A DNA stretch of 64,000 bases from a virus: positions 41,160-105,159 of IMG/VR virus record IMGVR_UViG_3300025598_000024. One strand, 5' to 3'. Positions 53,150 through 62,195 of this stretch are shown here, in pieces. The notes beneath the pieces were generated by a model, which ran no database searches, had not been told where the DNA came from, and saw nothing but the letters and a program-made list of their open reading frames with translations. Each line of letters starts with the position of its first letter. Position 1 is the first letter of the stretch. The translations under genes were made by a program, and so were the position numbers.

Positions 53150-54160
53150 CTAGGCCTTGACGATCTTGCCGAGGCCACGTGGGTTAAGAACAATCTCGCT
53201 GACGAGCTCATCCATGACCCAACCCTTGTGGAACTTCTCAGGGGTGTTGTTCTCTTCAACGTCGAGGCTGTACATGACGGGGAAGACACCGAGGAACTCG
53301 GGACTTGGGGTCATGTAAACGGTACCCTGGGGAACCTCGATACTACGCTGAACCTGGAAACCACCGAACTGAACAATGCGCTCACCGGCTACAACGCGGT
53401 CCTTGAAGGCCCAACCGGTCTGGTTGATGTCCCACTTGTAGAGGTCACGGTAGTCGATGGGATTGAACAGCAGACGGCTGGCCTCCAACTGGTGGACCTC
53501 GATGAGGGCGACCAGGTCGTACATCGAGTCAGGGGTTACGTAACCCGAAAGCTCGTTGACAATGTGGTTTGGGCTGACCGTGTGGTTGGGGTCAACGGCG
53601 TAGTTGTTGATAGCGGCTTCAAGAACAGTGATAAGACGGGCGTCTTCCTGCATCATGATGGCCTGCTTGCTCATGTCCTGAGCGTATTCTACGATGTTGA
53701 CTCTGAGGTACCAGAGGTCTTCCTTCTTGATCTGTGGGAAGGTGGCAATACGGAACAGGCGGACCGGAACCTTCTTACCTTCGAAGGGGGTTACGCGAAC
53801 CTCACCCTCGTTACCCGACAAGATGTAGGCCTGGCCGTACTCGTCAAGGACGTCGTACATGACAGGTACACCAGGGGTCAATGGGTCTTCCAGTAGAACG
53901 TTACGGGTCATACCCTGATAACGAAGCTTGAGCTGGATAGGACCAATCATACCCTGGCCCAGACGGACCATGTAGTTGTCCTTGTCAGCAAGGATGCCAG
54001 CTAGACGACGCTGCTTTTCCTCACGCGTAGCAGTCTTACGACCAGTGGCGGAAGCAAGACGCTCTTGAGCCTCTACGATTCCAGAAACATAGTCGTCCGA
54101 CTTCTTGGCTGTGCGCGGTGCCAGGTGGTCCGCTACAGCGCCATTAGGGGAAATACTCAT
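53150..54160 (-). CDS. major capsid protein
   Basis: strong high-expression codon bias; LRYQG..R.VL..D, RLFRIA.FP, GWV..E......NPRG; position. Confidence 0.85.
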   Translation of the reverse strand: MSISPNGAVADHLAPRTAKKSDDYVSGIVEAQERLASATGRKTATREEKQRRLAGILADKDNYMVRLGQGMIGPIQLKLRYQGMTRNVLLEDPLTPGVPVMYDVLDEYGQAYILSGNEGEVRVTPFEGKKVPVRLFRIATFPQIKKEDLWYLRVNIVEYAQDMSKQAIMMQEDARLITVLEAAINNYAVDPNHTVSPNHIVNELSGYVTPDSMYDLVALIEVHQLEASRLLFNPIDYRDLYKWDINQTGWAFKDRVVAGERIVQFGGFQVQRSIEVPQGTVYMTPSPEFLGVFPVMYSLDVEENNTPEKFHKGWVMDELVSEIVLNPRGLGKIVKA

Positions 54161-54181
54161 GATTAATTTACCTTTCCTTAA

Positions 54182-54700
54182 CTAGTTGGCCAAGCCAGCG
54201 GCTAGACGGACAACAATTTGTGTTGGGCTGACAACATCGATCAGCTCAGCGACTGGAACGGATGCTAGTGTGCCTGCAGCACCACTGGTTGTGGTAAGCT
54301 GGCCAGTGCCACTAGTTGTGTACAGAATTGTACGGGTACCGTTCGTTGGGACCGTGTAAGACTGAGTGGTGTCAAAGGCAGGAGCCGTGATGGTGAAGAA
54401 GGCGTTAACGCCACCCAGCCATACGGCCCAGGCATTGATACCAACCTGGGTTACGTCATCAATGTTAGGGTTACGGTCAAGAGCACTCAAACCGAAAGGC
54501 TTGGCATTGGCCGTACTGGTAGCACTACCAGCGTTGGCAACCGTGTCAGGTCCACTGCGGTACATAACCATGCCCGAGTAGATGTTGGTCGTGTCACTGG
54601 GGTCCAGGAACGTGTTGTATGGAGTAGCCTCATACTTTTCGTACAGTGGGGTGCACGTACGGTGGACCCCAACATTAGCTACGCTATTGAGTTGCAGCAT
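54182..54700 (-). CDS. capsid decoration/cement protein
   Basis: small beta-rich protein immediately upstream of the capsid gene. Confidence 0.6.
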   Translation of the reverse strand: MLQLNSVANVGVHRTCTPLYEKYEATPYNTFLDPSDTTNIYSGMVMYRSGPDTVANAGSATSTANAKPFGLSALDRNPNIDDVTQVGINAWAVWLGGVNAFFTITAPAFDTTQSYTVPTNGTRTILYTTSGTGQLTTTSGAAGTLASVPVAELIDVVSPTQIVVRLAAGLAN

Positions 54701-54727
54701 CTTTCTTTCTCCTTGTAGGGGATTCTG

Positions 54728-56170
54728 TTAAAGTGTCATCAGCCAGTCGTCAGCAGAAAGCTGCTCACGGCTAGTTGTTGAGGCCGTTGTCAACCGACCC
54801 ATCTCTGGCAGGCGGCTGTTACCACTTGCCACTTTTTGGCTCCGGGGTTGACGTGCCCCAGATTCTTCGAGCATGTCCAGGCTGGCTACAAAACCTGCTA
54901 GCTTAGCACTGTCCATTTGCTCAAACTTGGCGAGGTGCTTGGCACGGTCATCCTCGTTGACCATACCCAGCTTCTCAAGGCGCTCTACGATAGCCAGGCT
55001 CTCGAAGATCTTTTCACGGCTGGCCTGTACTGCACCCAGCGCATTCTGGTAAGGAACAAATGCCGGGTTGCTGGCATCCATGGGGAAAACCTCCTGCTTG
55101 TGTGGCTCTTGACCAGGAACAATTCCGGTCTCAGCACCATCGTTGTAGTAGTTGACATAGCCAGCATCTTCAGCGTTGATCTGCTCGGCCTCTAGTGGAT
55201 TGGTGGTGTAGTCAGGCGTCATGACTCGAGCGCGGTCCCAGACACCAGCCTGGTCATCAAGGTCACGAACATCAACAGTTACACCAGTCTCCTGGCGACC
55301 GTTGGTGGCTTCCTTCTTGCCCTTGCCCTTCTTCTTCTTGTCCTTGCCCTTGCCCTTGAGCCAGGATGGCTTGCCATCATCCTCTTCGTCGTCTTTTTCG
55401 TCGTCGCCCTTTTCTTCCTTCTCGCAGTCCTTGCAACCCTTGCCCTTGCAGCTCTTGCAGTTCTTCTTGGCGGCGAACTTGTTGATCTCATCCAGCAGGT
55501 TCTCAAGTTCCTTGAGGTTGCTGCTGGCCTGCTTGTAGTCACTGGTGTTGATCAGGTCGTTCTCAATGTCAAGAACGATGGCTGCAACGGTACCGACAAC
55601 ATCATTAACATCAGTGTCGGTGTTAGCAAACTTGCTAACGGTGGCTGCCTCGTTACTGGCAGTGATCAGACGAGAAAAGTCAAAATCAACCTGCTCATCA
55701 ATGGCGTTACGAATGTCACGGCTGGCCTTGTAAACCTGGTACAGGCTCTCATCGATAGGGTCAACGCTTGCAGCCTTCTGGCCAGCGCCCAGGCTGCCTG
55801 GAGGAAGTGCACCAATATTGCCACCAAAACCGGTGCTGGGAGCCAGTGTTCCTGGCATGCTTGCGGGGTCTGGGCCACCGAGTGCGTAAACCTGACTCAT
55901 ACCTGGCATACCAACAATCTCTCCTGGTTGACCGCCAGCTGGGTCAGCGGCGTCAAGGTCGGTAACCTGAATCATTCTGGTTACTGGACGGTTAGCAGAG
56001 GTGTTTGCCATCTGCTCTACAACTGGTACTTCAGCTGGAACAAGCGCATCAGCGTAAGGCTGAACACCCTGAAGGTGTGGGATCTGGCGAGGTGTAGCTG
56101 GCCCTGGGAGACCACTGCTGCTCCAAGCATTCTCTGCCTGCTTGATTAGCTCATTATCGAAACGACTCAT
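54728..56170 (-). CDS. scaffold-like head protein
   Basis: low-complexity K/D/E tract, helical C-terminus, between protease and capsid genes. Confidence 0.55.
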   Translation of the reverse strand: MSRFDNELIKQAENAWSSSGLPGPATPRQIPHLQGVQPYADALVPAEVPVVEQMANTSANRPVTRMIQVTDLDAADPAGGQPGEIVGMPGMSQVYALGGPDPASMPGTLAPSTGFGGNIGALPPGSLGAGQKAASVDPIDESLYQVYKASRDIRNAIDEQVDFDFSRLITASNEAATVSKFANTDTDVNDVVGTVAAIVLDIENDLINTSDYKQASSNLKELENLLDEINKFAAKKNCKSCKGKGCKDCEKEEKGDDEKDDEEDDGKPSWLKGKGKDKKKKGKGKKEATNGRQETGVTVDVRDLDDQAGVWDRARVMTPDYTTNPLEAEQINAEDAGYVNYYNDGAETGIVPGQEPHKQEVFPMDASNPAFVPYQNALGAVQASREKIFESLAIVERLEKLGMVNEDDRAKHLAKFEQMDSAKLAGFVASLDMLEESGARQPRSQKVASGNSRLPEMGRLTTASTTSREQLSADDWLMTL

Positions 56171-56940
56171 TGTAGCTCCTCGCTAGTATTCTTGTCGGTG
56201 TTGTTTTGATCCATAGCAGCATTAAATGGTTTTTCTGATTTCATGGTTGCATCAAGCTGTAGTGCTTCTTGCATACGTACCACTGGCTGCTTTGGTAGAA
56301 TCATGCTGCTATCTAAAAACATTCCAGGGCTTACCGGCATCTGTTGCTGCTTGTCTGCAGCTTCAATCCTGCTGGCCACTGCTTTTATTTTTTTCGTAGG
56401 CTTCTTGCTATCTTCTGGCTTCTGCTTTTTTCTGCTATTAAATACTTCAAAGGTTGGTAGAAAACGTGGGCCCTTGTTCTTAACAGTTTTTTCGTTGATG
56501 CCGGTAAATTTTGAGCTAGGTGTTCTCAGCCCTTCTGGTGGCAAAGAGCCATAACAGCCCTGTGTTTCACAGCTACCATTTACTATACTCATGTTACGGC
56601 ATACATTACATTTATCTTTTTTAACTTTTTCTGAGTTTTGTGAGAACTGATCAATTATGGCAACAGGTGTCTGACCTTCAGCAGATGCACTTTTCTTCGT
56701 AGGAGCAGCTTTATCAGCCATGGCCTGCTGTTGAACCATTGTGGCCATGCTGTATTCTTGATAGGCTGCTTCAAGCTTGGGATCAAGAAAGCCACATGTA
56801 GCATTCTGGCAGATACCATCACGGTAACCACCAACACCACACTGTGGGCAGTTGTCAATTGGCTGACTGACAACAGGTATACGCATCCCGCTATAGCCCT
56901 GCTTGTGCTCTAGAGTTTCGCTGACTTTTAAGATGGGCAT
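56167..56940 (-). CDS. Zn-ribbon head-region protein
   Basis: CPQCG...C...CGF; second Cys cluster. Confidence 0.55.
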   Translation of the reverse strand: MPILKVSETLEHKQGYSGMRIPVVSQPIDNCPQCGVGGYRDGICQNATCGFLDPKLEAAYQEYSMATMVQQQAMADKAAPTKKSASAEGQTPVAIIDQFSQNSEKVKKDKCNVCRNMSIVNGSCETQGCYGSLPPEGLRTPSSKFTGINEKTVKNKGPRFLPTFEVFNSRKKQKPEDSKKPTKKIKAVASRIEAADKQQQMPVSPGMFLDSSMILPKQPVVRMQEALQLDATMKSEKPFNAAMDQNNTDKNTSEELQ

Positions 56941-57611
56941 TAGTAGCGCCTCTTGTCAGTGAGCCAGGCACTCTCGTCAGCTGGATCAAATACAAAACTC
57001 AATTCGAAAAAGTTAGGGCGTATGCAGCTCTCGAATACCAAGCTCTCAGTGCGCTTACCCTCTTTGTAAACAGTAACCGTGCGCCCCTTCATGCGAGGAA
57101 TGTGCACACAGTACTCGCTAGGCTTGCTGGCGTACTTACCACAAGCACTGCACTGGGTTCCATCAACGTCAGCACCCATGCTGACAGCCTTGAGCTTGCC
57201 ATCCATTATTGCCCCAGCAAGTTTGGGGAAGGTTTCTGCATCGACTTCCATCAGGCAGTAAACACTGGCATCGATAACACCGCTAGCCAGTTTTGATTCT
57301 TTGTAGACAGCATCCAGGATCACACCACGAGCACGCTCGGGGTCACTGTTGTTGTGCTCTACATAAATAGGACGACCAACAAATGTCTTGTAGCTCTTCT
57401 TGATCTGGTCTACAGGCCAGCCATCGTAGTTGGCATTAACACGGCTGCTGATAGCACGGCTAGCCGCATAAACATACCCCTTCTCTGGATTGAAGTTGGG
57501 GAAGTCTTCCAGCTTTACTGGGGAGATCTCGATAGGTTGCGTACGGGTAGACAAAGACATAAGACTGTTACGTCCCATGAGTCCAACTGTTGGTGCGCTA
57601 TACTTTATCAT
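56940..57611 (-). CDS. capsid maturation protease-like protein
   Basis: N.N.DG, YKTF.GRP.YVEH, RG.ILDA, VSMG, CS.CG...YC.H, FFELS.V.DPAD. Confidence 0.7.
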   Translation of the reverse strand: MIKYSAPTVGLMGRNSLMSLSTRTQPIEISPVKLEDFPNFNPEKGYVYAASRAISSRVNANYDGWPVDQIKKSYKTFVGRPIYVEHNNSDPERARGVILDAVYKESKLASGVIDASVYCLMEVDAETFPKLAGAIMDGKLKAVSMGADVDGTQCSACGKYASKPSEYCVHIPRMKGRTVTVYKEGKRTESLVFESCIRPNFFELSFVFDPADESAWLTDKRRY

Positions 57612-57659
57612 ATTCAACGCCTAGTTTATCCAGTACTGCTTTTTACATCATCTTAATAT

Positions 57660-58052
57660 TTATTTTGTGTTAATTAGTTTTCGCTTGAGCAGTTCATTTA
57701 GTTCATTCAGCATAATTCTGTGCTCTTCACTGACTTCCAGGTGATACTCTGCAAGTTCAGCAGATATACGATCAGCACGCTTGGCAGCTATAAGAAGAAT
57801 AGCTCCCTGCAGGCCAGCCAGAGTAGAAAGACACAGATTAAGCAGGATATAAGGATAAGGATCAAAAGGCTTGCTTGAGGATACGTTGTACCACATCCAA
57901 GCTGCCATAAAGCAGCAAAAACTAAAGACAAAAGGCCAACTGCCCATACTACGCCGCATAACATCAGCACTTTTTTCTCCGAATGTCCTCTGGTCTCCAC
58001 TACGGACCTTTGGGTGAAAGTCCCAGTGGCTTACCTTTTTGATGGCACGCAT
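57660..58052 (-). CDS. DUF1003-family membrane protein
   Basis: TFGE..AD.....GSW.F, FDPYPYILLNL.LS.LA.LQ..ILL. Confidence 0.8.
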   Translation of the reverse strand: MRAIKKVSHWDFHPKVRSGDQRTFGEKSADVMRRSMGSWPFVFSFCCFMAAWMWYNVSSSKPFDPYPYILLNLCLSTLAGLQGAILLIAAKRADRISAELAEYHLEVSEEHRIMLNELNELLKRKLINTK

Positions 58053-58420
58053 CAAACTTCTCCGTCTATTAGACCTCTGTGATAACCTTTGTGCTCAGCA
58101 AAATCTTCTTTGATAGCATCAATACGCATGTGCAGGACATCCTGTCCCTGCTTTAGTTCTGTCAGTCCATTTTCCATTCGGTTCAGCTGGTCTTTACCGC
58201 TACTACCACCATTGGGTCTCCACTGTGATAGCAACTGCTCAAACTTGTCATCGATGTCTTCTTTGATTACATCAATTTTATTATCGCTGTGCTTGATAAC
58301 AAGTTTGTAGATAAAGCGTGCTATTGCGCCGAACCCGGCAGCTGCAAAAAAGAAGTTTGCTATATATCCAAACCAGGCATTGCTAGTGTCGAAGAAGCTG
58401 GCAACCATATCAATCGTCAT
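58052..58420 (-). CDS. membrane protein (TM + coiled coil; holin-like candidate), start uncertain
   Basis: N-terminal TM, PNGGSS.KD..R.E motif. Confidence 0.6.
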   Translation of the reverse strand: MTIDMVASFFDTSNAWFGYIANFFFAAAGFGAIARFIYKLVIKHSDNKIDVIKEDIDDKFEQLLSQWRPNGGSSGKDQLNRMENGLTELKQGQDVLHMRIDAIKEDFAEHKGYHRGLIDGEV

Positions 58421-58604
58421 CCTCGAGCTTCTCGTAGATACTGTTCTCAAGGTTCAGTTTGTTAGCATTGCGTGCTGTAAGCCCTTCGCCCTCTTTGATA
58501 ATATCTATCTTGACCAGTGGGCTAACAATATCCAGGAAGCTGCTCTTGTTAAAAGATGTCTTTGGCAGGATTCTGGGTGAACGATCATCAAATAATCTGC
58601 TCAT
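58410..58604 (-). CDS. small hypothetical protein
   Basis: ATGA overlap with the portal stop. Confidence 0.55.
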   Translation of the reverse strand: MSRLFDDRSPRILPKTSFNKSSFLDIVSPLVKIDIIKEGEGLTARNANKLNLENSIYEKLEDDD

Positions 58605-61600
58605 ATGTTTTCCTCTTTAGTAGGATCGATCTGTCGTCGTGCTGGTTGATTCATTCCACCCTCGCCATCGCTATGGTGATCAAGATCAGTTGGCTCAGGA
58701 ATCATTGGGTCTTCACTAGCTTCTATGAGCGCCGCAAGGTGCGATTTAAATTGATCTTCATCAAACTTTTCATAGCTGTCATCAAGAGTTACCTTGATGC
58801 CACTGGCCAGCTTCATCTTCCTGCGCTTACGGCTCTCCAGAGGTGTTGCGAACTTCATTCTGCCACCGTACTCAACACGTTCATTGATAACGCTGCCATC
58901 ACCAAAACTGGTTGTTAGCTCTTCGTCATCAACACCAGCTGTCTTTTTCTGTGGCCCATTCTTGGGGCCCTTCTTGCTGGGCTTTGGCTGTGTTTTCTTT
59001 TGATCGTATGATTCAGCTGGACGCTTGCGTTCTGTACCACGCTGTGTCTGGGTCTGCTGCTGTGCTTCCTGGTTGATCATTGGGTACAGCTGAGCACCCA
59101 GTGCAGCATCACTATTTTGTGCTGGCACGCCGGTCATGTTGGGAGCAGCTGGTGGTGTAACAAGTCCAGCAATTGCACCTGGTGCTAGCTGTGCAGCTAT
59201 TGCTGGGTTCTCCATCATTGCAAGATAGGCCTGGTATTCCTGAATGTATTCTGGTGGGATTGGTAGTTGTTGCACCAACAGCTGCTGGAAGAGCTCTCGC
59301 TTGAACTGCTGTTCAGCTACAACGCTCTTTACCTTCTCTTCACGACGAGTCTCTAGCTCGTCATCAAAGTCAATCGGGATGTTGACCGCAAGAGTGCCCA
59401 GACTGATGGGAAAGCCTGCAGCCATCAGGTTCTGCAGGAAGCCTCGCTCAATGGTTTCATCACGCAGGTTCATGCTGCGGAAACGCACTTCTGGGATGGC
59501 CAGCTTGGGTCGCTCTTCGATGTACTCAGCACCGGTCTCTTCATCCACCATGAGAACAGTTTCCATGATTGGCAGTGTCCTACCATTCACTGTACGCATC
59601 TCATAGTGGCCCTGACGCTCTGCGACAGGCTCCATACGGCTGCGAATAAAGCCCTCTATCTTGTGCTGATAGGTACTAAGCATCTGTGTGATCAGTTCGC
59701 GGTTAAGTGCACCACTAGCGTATGTACCACCATGGCCACCCTGCAGCAGGTCAGAGCCAATGCCGAACACCTGCATGATCTTGCTCTCAACACGCATGAA
59801 GTCAGCATCCAGTCGTGGCATGCTCTCACGACCAAAGGCATTCTGAATTTGTAGTCCATGGTGATAGGTCATCAATCGGAAGTCCGAGTTGATTGCCATG
59901 CTCAGGTCATCTCTCAGGCTCTGGAGCTCAGTAGCATCAGGGATCCATGGTCCGTCCTGGTCTACGTCAGGAAGACCCAGAGTAGCAAGTATGAGAGGGC
60001 TATATAGGCGATCAGCAATTGCATCTTGAGCAGCGTTGAGAGACTCCTCAAGCATAAGCATGCGAAAAGCACGAAGCAGAATAGGAGTACCATGCTCACT
60101 CCAGGGGTTAGTATTGTGCGTTACAAGGCCAGCAGTAATGTGGGTATGGTGCTCATCAATTCCAATGGCCATTGTTTCTTCATCAATACCCATTTCAATT
60201 TTTACAATTTGATCATATGGGAATTTAGATGGGCGTGTATTTCTAATAGGCGTAGTGTTAGGAACTTGCTTTCTTGAACAAAGCGGTTGCACATAATGAG
60301 ATAGCAAAGACTTAGCCTCTTGCTTGCCAACAATGAGACGGTGACCATAACCAGAATCCGGTGCATAGTCATATTTAGGCACGTCATAGATTCTTGATTC
60401 TACTCCAAGGAATGACAACAATGTTTGACAATCTTCAAGCAGTGAACGGTTCATACTAGTCCATACAACCATGCCATTTGAGTCAACATGACCATCAGTA
60501 TCTAGATAACCAGCAAGAAAAGCTCCCCAAACTTCAGGCCCACCATCCCAAATACAAGACGGGACTCTCTTTGTATAAGTAGTTTGCCCCTTGATACCAG
60601 CATCTACGATTAATTTCTTGATTAAATTAGGATTTTTTGTTTGTTCACCCTGTGAAATAACGAATGATATCTCACGGTCACCGGCTTGCGATAGTTTGCA
60701 ACCATATCCGGCAACGAATTCATTCATCCAATTTAGTATTTCTTTGTCTTCATTGTGGAAAATAATCGTTTTATGGCCATAGCTACCATCACCAACCATT
60801 AAACCAAAGAATCTTGCTTCATCGGTCGATACATTGCTGGTCATCTCAGGATTATACGAATGGCCGACCAACAAATTTGTTCCGATAGAAAGATCGGCAG
60901 CTTCTACCCAGCCATTATCAGTAAGGAATGGGTGCTCCGAGTTAACACCAATCTTTCGACCTTGCTTAGTCGTGATCCAATAGATTGGTTCTGGTTCATT
61001 AATACCTTGGTGACTAACGGTGCTGCGAACAATCTTATTCGTAGTCTCATCCCATGCGAGCACTTCATCGCCAACAGCAAGGTCTCTTGCCTGGACAGGA
61101 CCAGTTGGGGTCATTATATCAGTAGAACCAACAACGCACTTGAACTTGATCTGTTTCATGATCACGTCACTGACAGGGATCTCTTTGTCCTGACGTGCCC
61201 AGGCAACAACGTCTGGATACATCTGCATGAGCATCTGATATTCCTGTGAAGGGTCACGAGTCTCAATAAGCTTTTTGATCTCCTGAGGTACCTTTACATG
61301 GTACTGATAGGTGCGTAGCGCTCGGTTCTTTGCAACGATAACGTCATTTGGATTGATGATTTCATCATCTTCCCAGGCACCAATACCATCGTGCCAGCTG
61401 CCCATGGCAAACACTTCACCAACGGTCCAGTGTTCACGGCCCAGGTCAAACAGGAACTCCTGATAGTTTAGACCATCAAAGAACATCTCGTTGTAGAAGT
61501 CACTGATGCGCTTGTCGTGATGGACGAGCTCAATGTCAAGGAGTGGGAAACGCGTGTAGATATCAATAAGACCTGGTACCAGGTAGTGTGTGGTGTAAAG

Positions 61601-61984
61601 CAGGCGAGTCCAGTCACGGATTTTACGTGTTTGTTCGTCGGGGTCCTCCATGTTGAACCACCAGGTACGCTCACGCCAGTATTCGAATGGGTCGTGAAGC
61701 TTGGGCCAGGCCCACTGAGCATCACTCCCAGTGGCAGCAGCAGTACGGCCAAGAGTACGGGATACACCGCCCTCCATGTTAACCCTGCCACCCATCGTAT
61801 TGAGTCGCTCACGGCCTTCCGTAGGCATTCTGGCAACATCACTAGCGAAAGATCCTCCGGTACGAACATTGCGTAGCAGCTCTTGCGTTTCAAGGCGATT
61901 GCGCACGGGGTTGCTAGAGCCAGTAATACCGGCTTTGCGCATGTTGTTAAGCTCCGCTGAGGCGCTCCAGTCTTTGGATGGCAT
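58601..61984 (-). CDS. portal protein containing an intein
   Basis: ID.Y.RFPL, REHW..GE.F, INP..V, PW..HG.P.L.R, FGI...L.G; upstream of protease/capsid. Confidence 0.8.
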   Translation of the reverse strand: MPSKDWSASAELNNMRKAGITGSSNPVRNRLETQELLRNVRTGGSFASDVARMPTEGRERLNTMGGRVNMEGGVSRTLGRTAAATGSDAQWAWPKLHDPFEYWRERTWWFNMEDPDEQTRKIRDWTRLLYTTHYLVPGLIDIYTRFPLLDIELVHHDKRISDFYNEMFFDGLNYQEFLFDLGREHWTVGEVFAMGSWHDGIGAWEDDEIINPNDVIVAKNRALRTYQYHVKVPQEIKKLIETRDPSQEYQMLMQMYPDVVAWARQDKEIPVSDVIMKQIKFKCVVGSTDIMTPTGPVQARDLAVGDEVLAWDETTNKIVRSTVSHQGINEPEPIYWITTKQGRKIGVNSEHPFLTDNGWVEAADLSIGTNLLVGHSYNPEMTSNVSTDEARFFGLMVGDGSYGHKTIIFHNEDKEILNWMNEFVAGYGCKLSQAGDREISFVISQGEQTKNPNLIKKLIVDAGIKGQTTYTKRVPSCIWDGGPEVWGAFLAGYLDTDGHVDSNGMVVWTSMNRSLLEDCQTLLSFLGVESRIYDVPKYDYAPDSGYGHRLIVGKQEAKSLLSHYVQPLCSRKQVPNTTPIRNTRPSKFPYDQIVKIEMGIDEETMAIGIDEHHTHITAGLVTHNTNPWSEHGTPILLRAFRMLMLEESLNAAQDAIADRLYSPLILATLGLPDVDQDGPWIPDATELQSLRDDLSMAINSDFRLMTYHHGLQIQNAFGRESMPRLDADFMRVESKIMQVFGIGSDLLQGGHGGTYASGALNRELITQMLSTYQHKIEGFIRSRMEPVAERQGHYEMRTVNGRTLPIMETVLMVDEETGAEYIEERPKLAIPEVRFRSMNLRDETIERGFLQNLMAAGFPISLGTLAVNIPIDFDDELETRREEKVKSVVAEQQFKRELFQQLLVQQLPIPPEYIQEYQAYLAMMENPAIAAQLAPGAIAGLVTPPAAPNMTGVPAQNSDAALGAQLYPMINQEAQQQTQTQRGTERKRPAESYDQKKTQPKPSKKGPKNGPQKKTAGVDDEELTTSFGDGSVINERVEYGGRMKFATPLESRKRRKMKLASGIKVTLDDSYEKFDEDQFKSHLAALIEASEDPMIPEPTDLDHHSDGEGGMNQPARRQIDPTKEENI
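60113..61138 (-). mobile_element. LAGLIDADG intein, 342 aa
   Basis: Cys1 (CVVGST), block B SEHPFL, GLMVGDGS and LAGYLDTDG, terminal HN followed by Thr+1; AT-richer than the exteins. Confidence 0.92.
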
Positions 61985-61994
61985 TAATTATTCC

Positions 61995-62186
61995 TTAGAA
62001 GGTTGTACAGCTGCAGAAGTCAACTCCACCGCCAACTTTTTGGTGACCACATGCATAGAACTCGAGGCTGTTACTGAAGCGGATAACTCCGCCACCATCG
62101 TTCTGGTCAATAGGGTTACCATTGAAATCAAAGTTAGCACCAACGCGACGAGTGCGAGCTAATCTTATATTCTGTTGTCTTTCCAT
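61995..62186 (-). CDS. small Cys-containing protein
   Basis: AAGGAG RBS; CGH...CSC. Confidence 0.55.
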   Translation of the reverse strand: MERQQNIRLARTRRVGANFDFNGNPIDQNDGGGVIRFSNSLEFYACGHQKVGGGVDFCSCTTF

Positions 62187-62195
62187 GTCAACTCC

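Noticed and set aside
53039-53896. 285-aa plus-strand ORF
   Set aside because: Antisense shadow of the strongly codon-biased capsid gene; no motif or RBS
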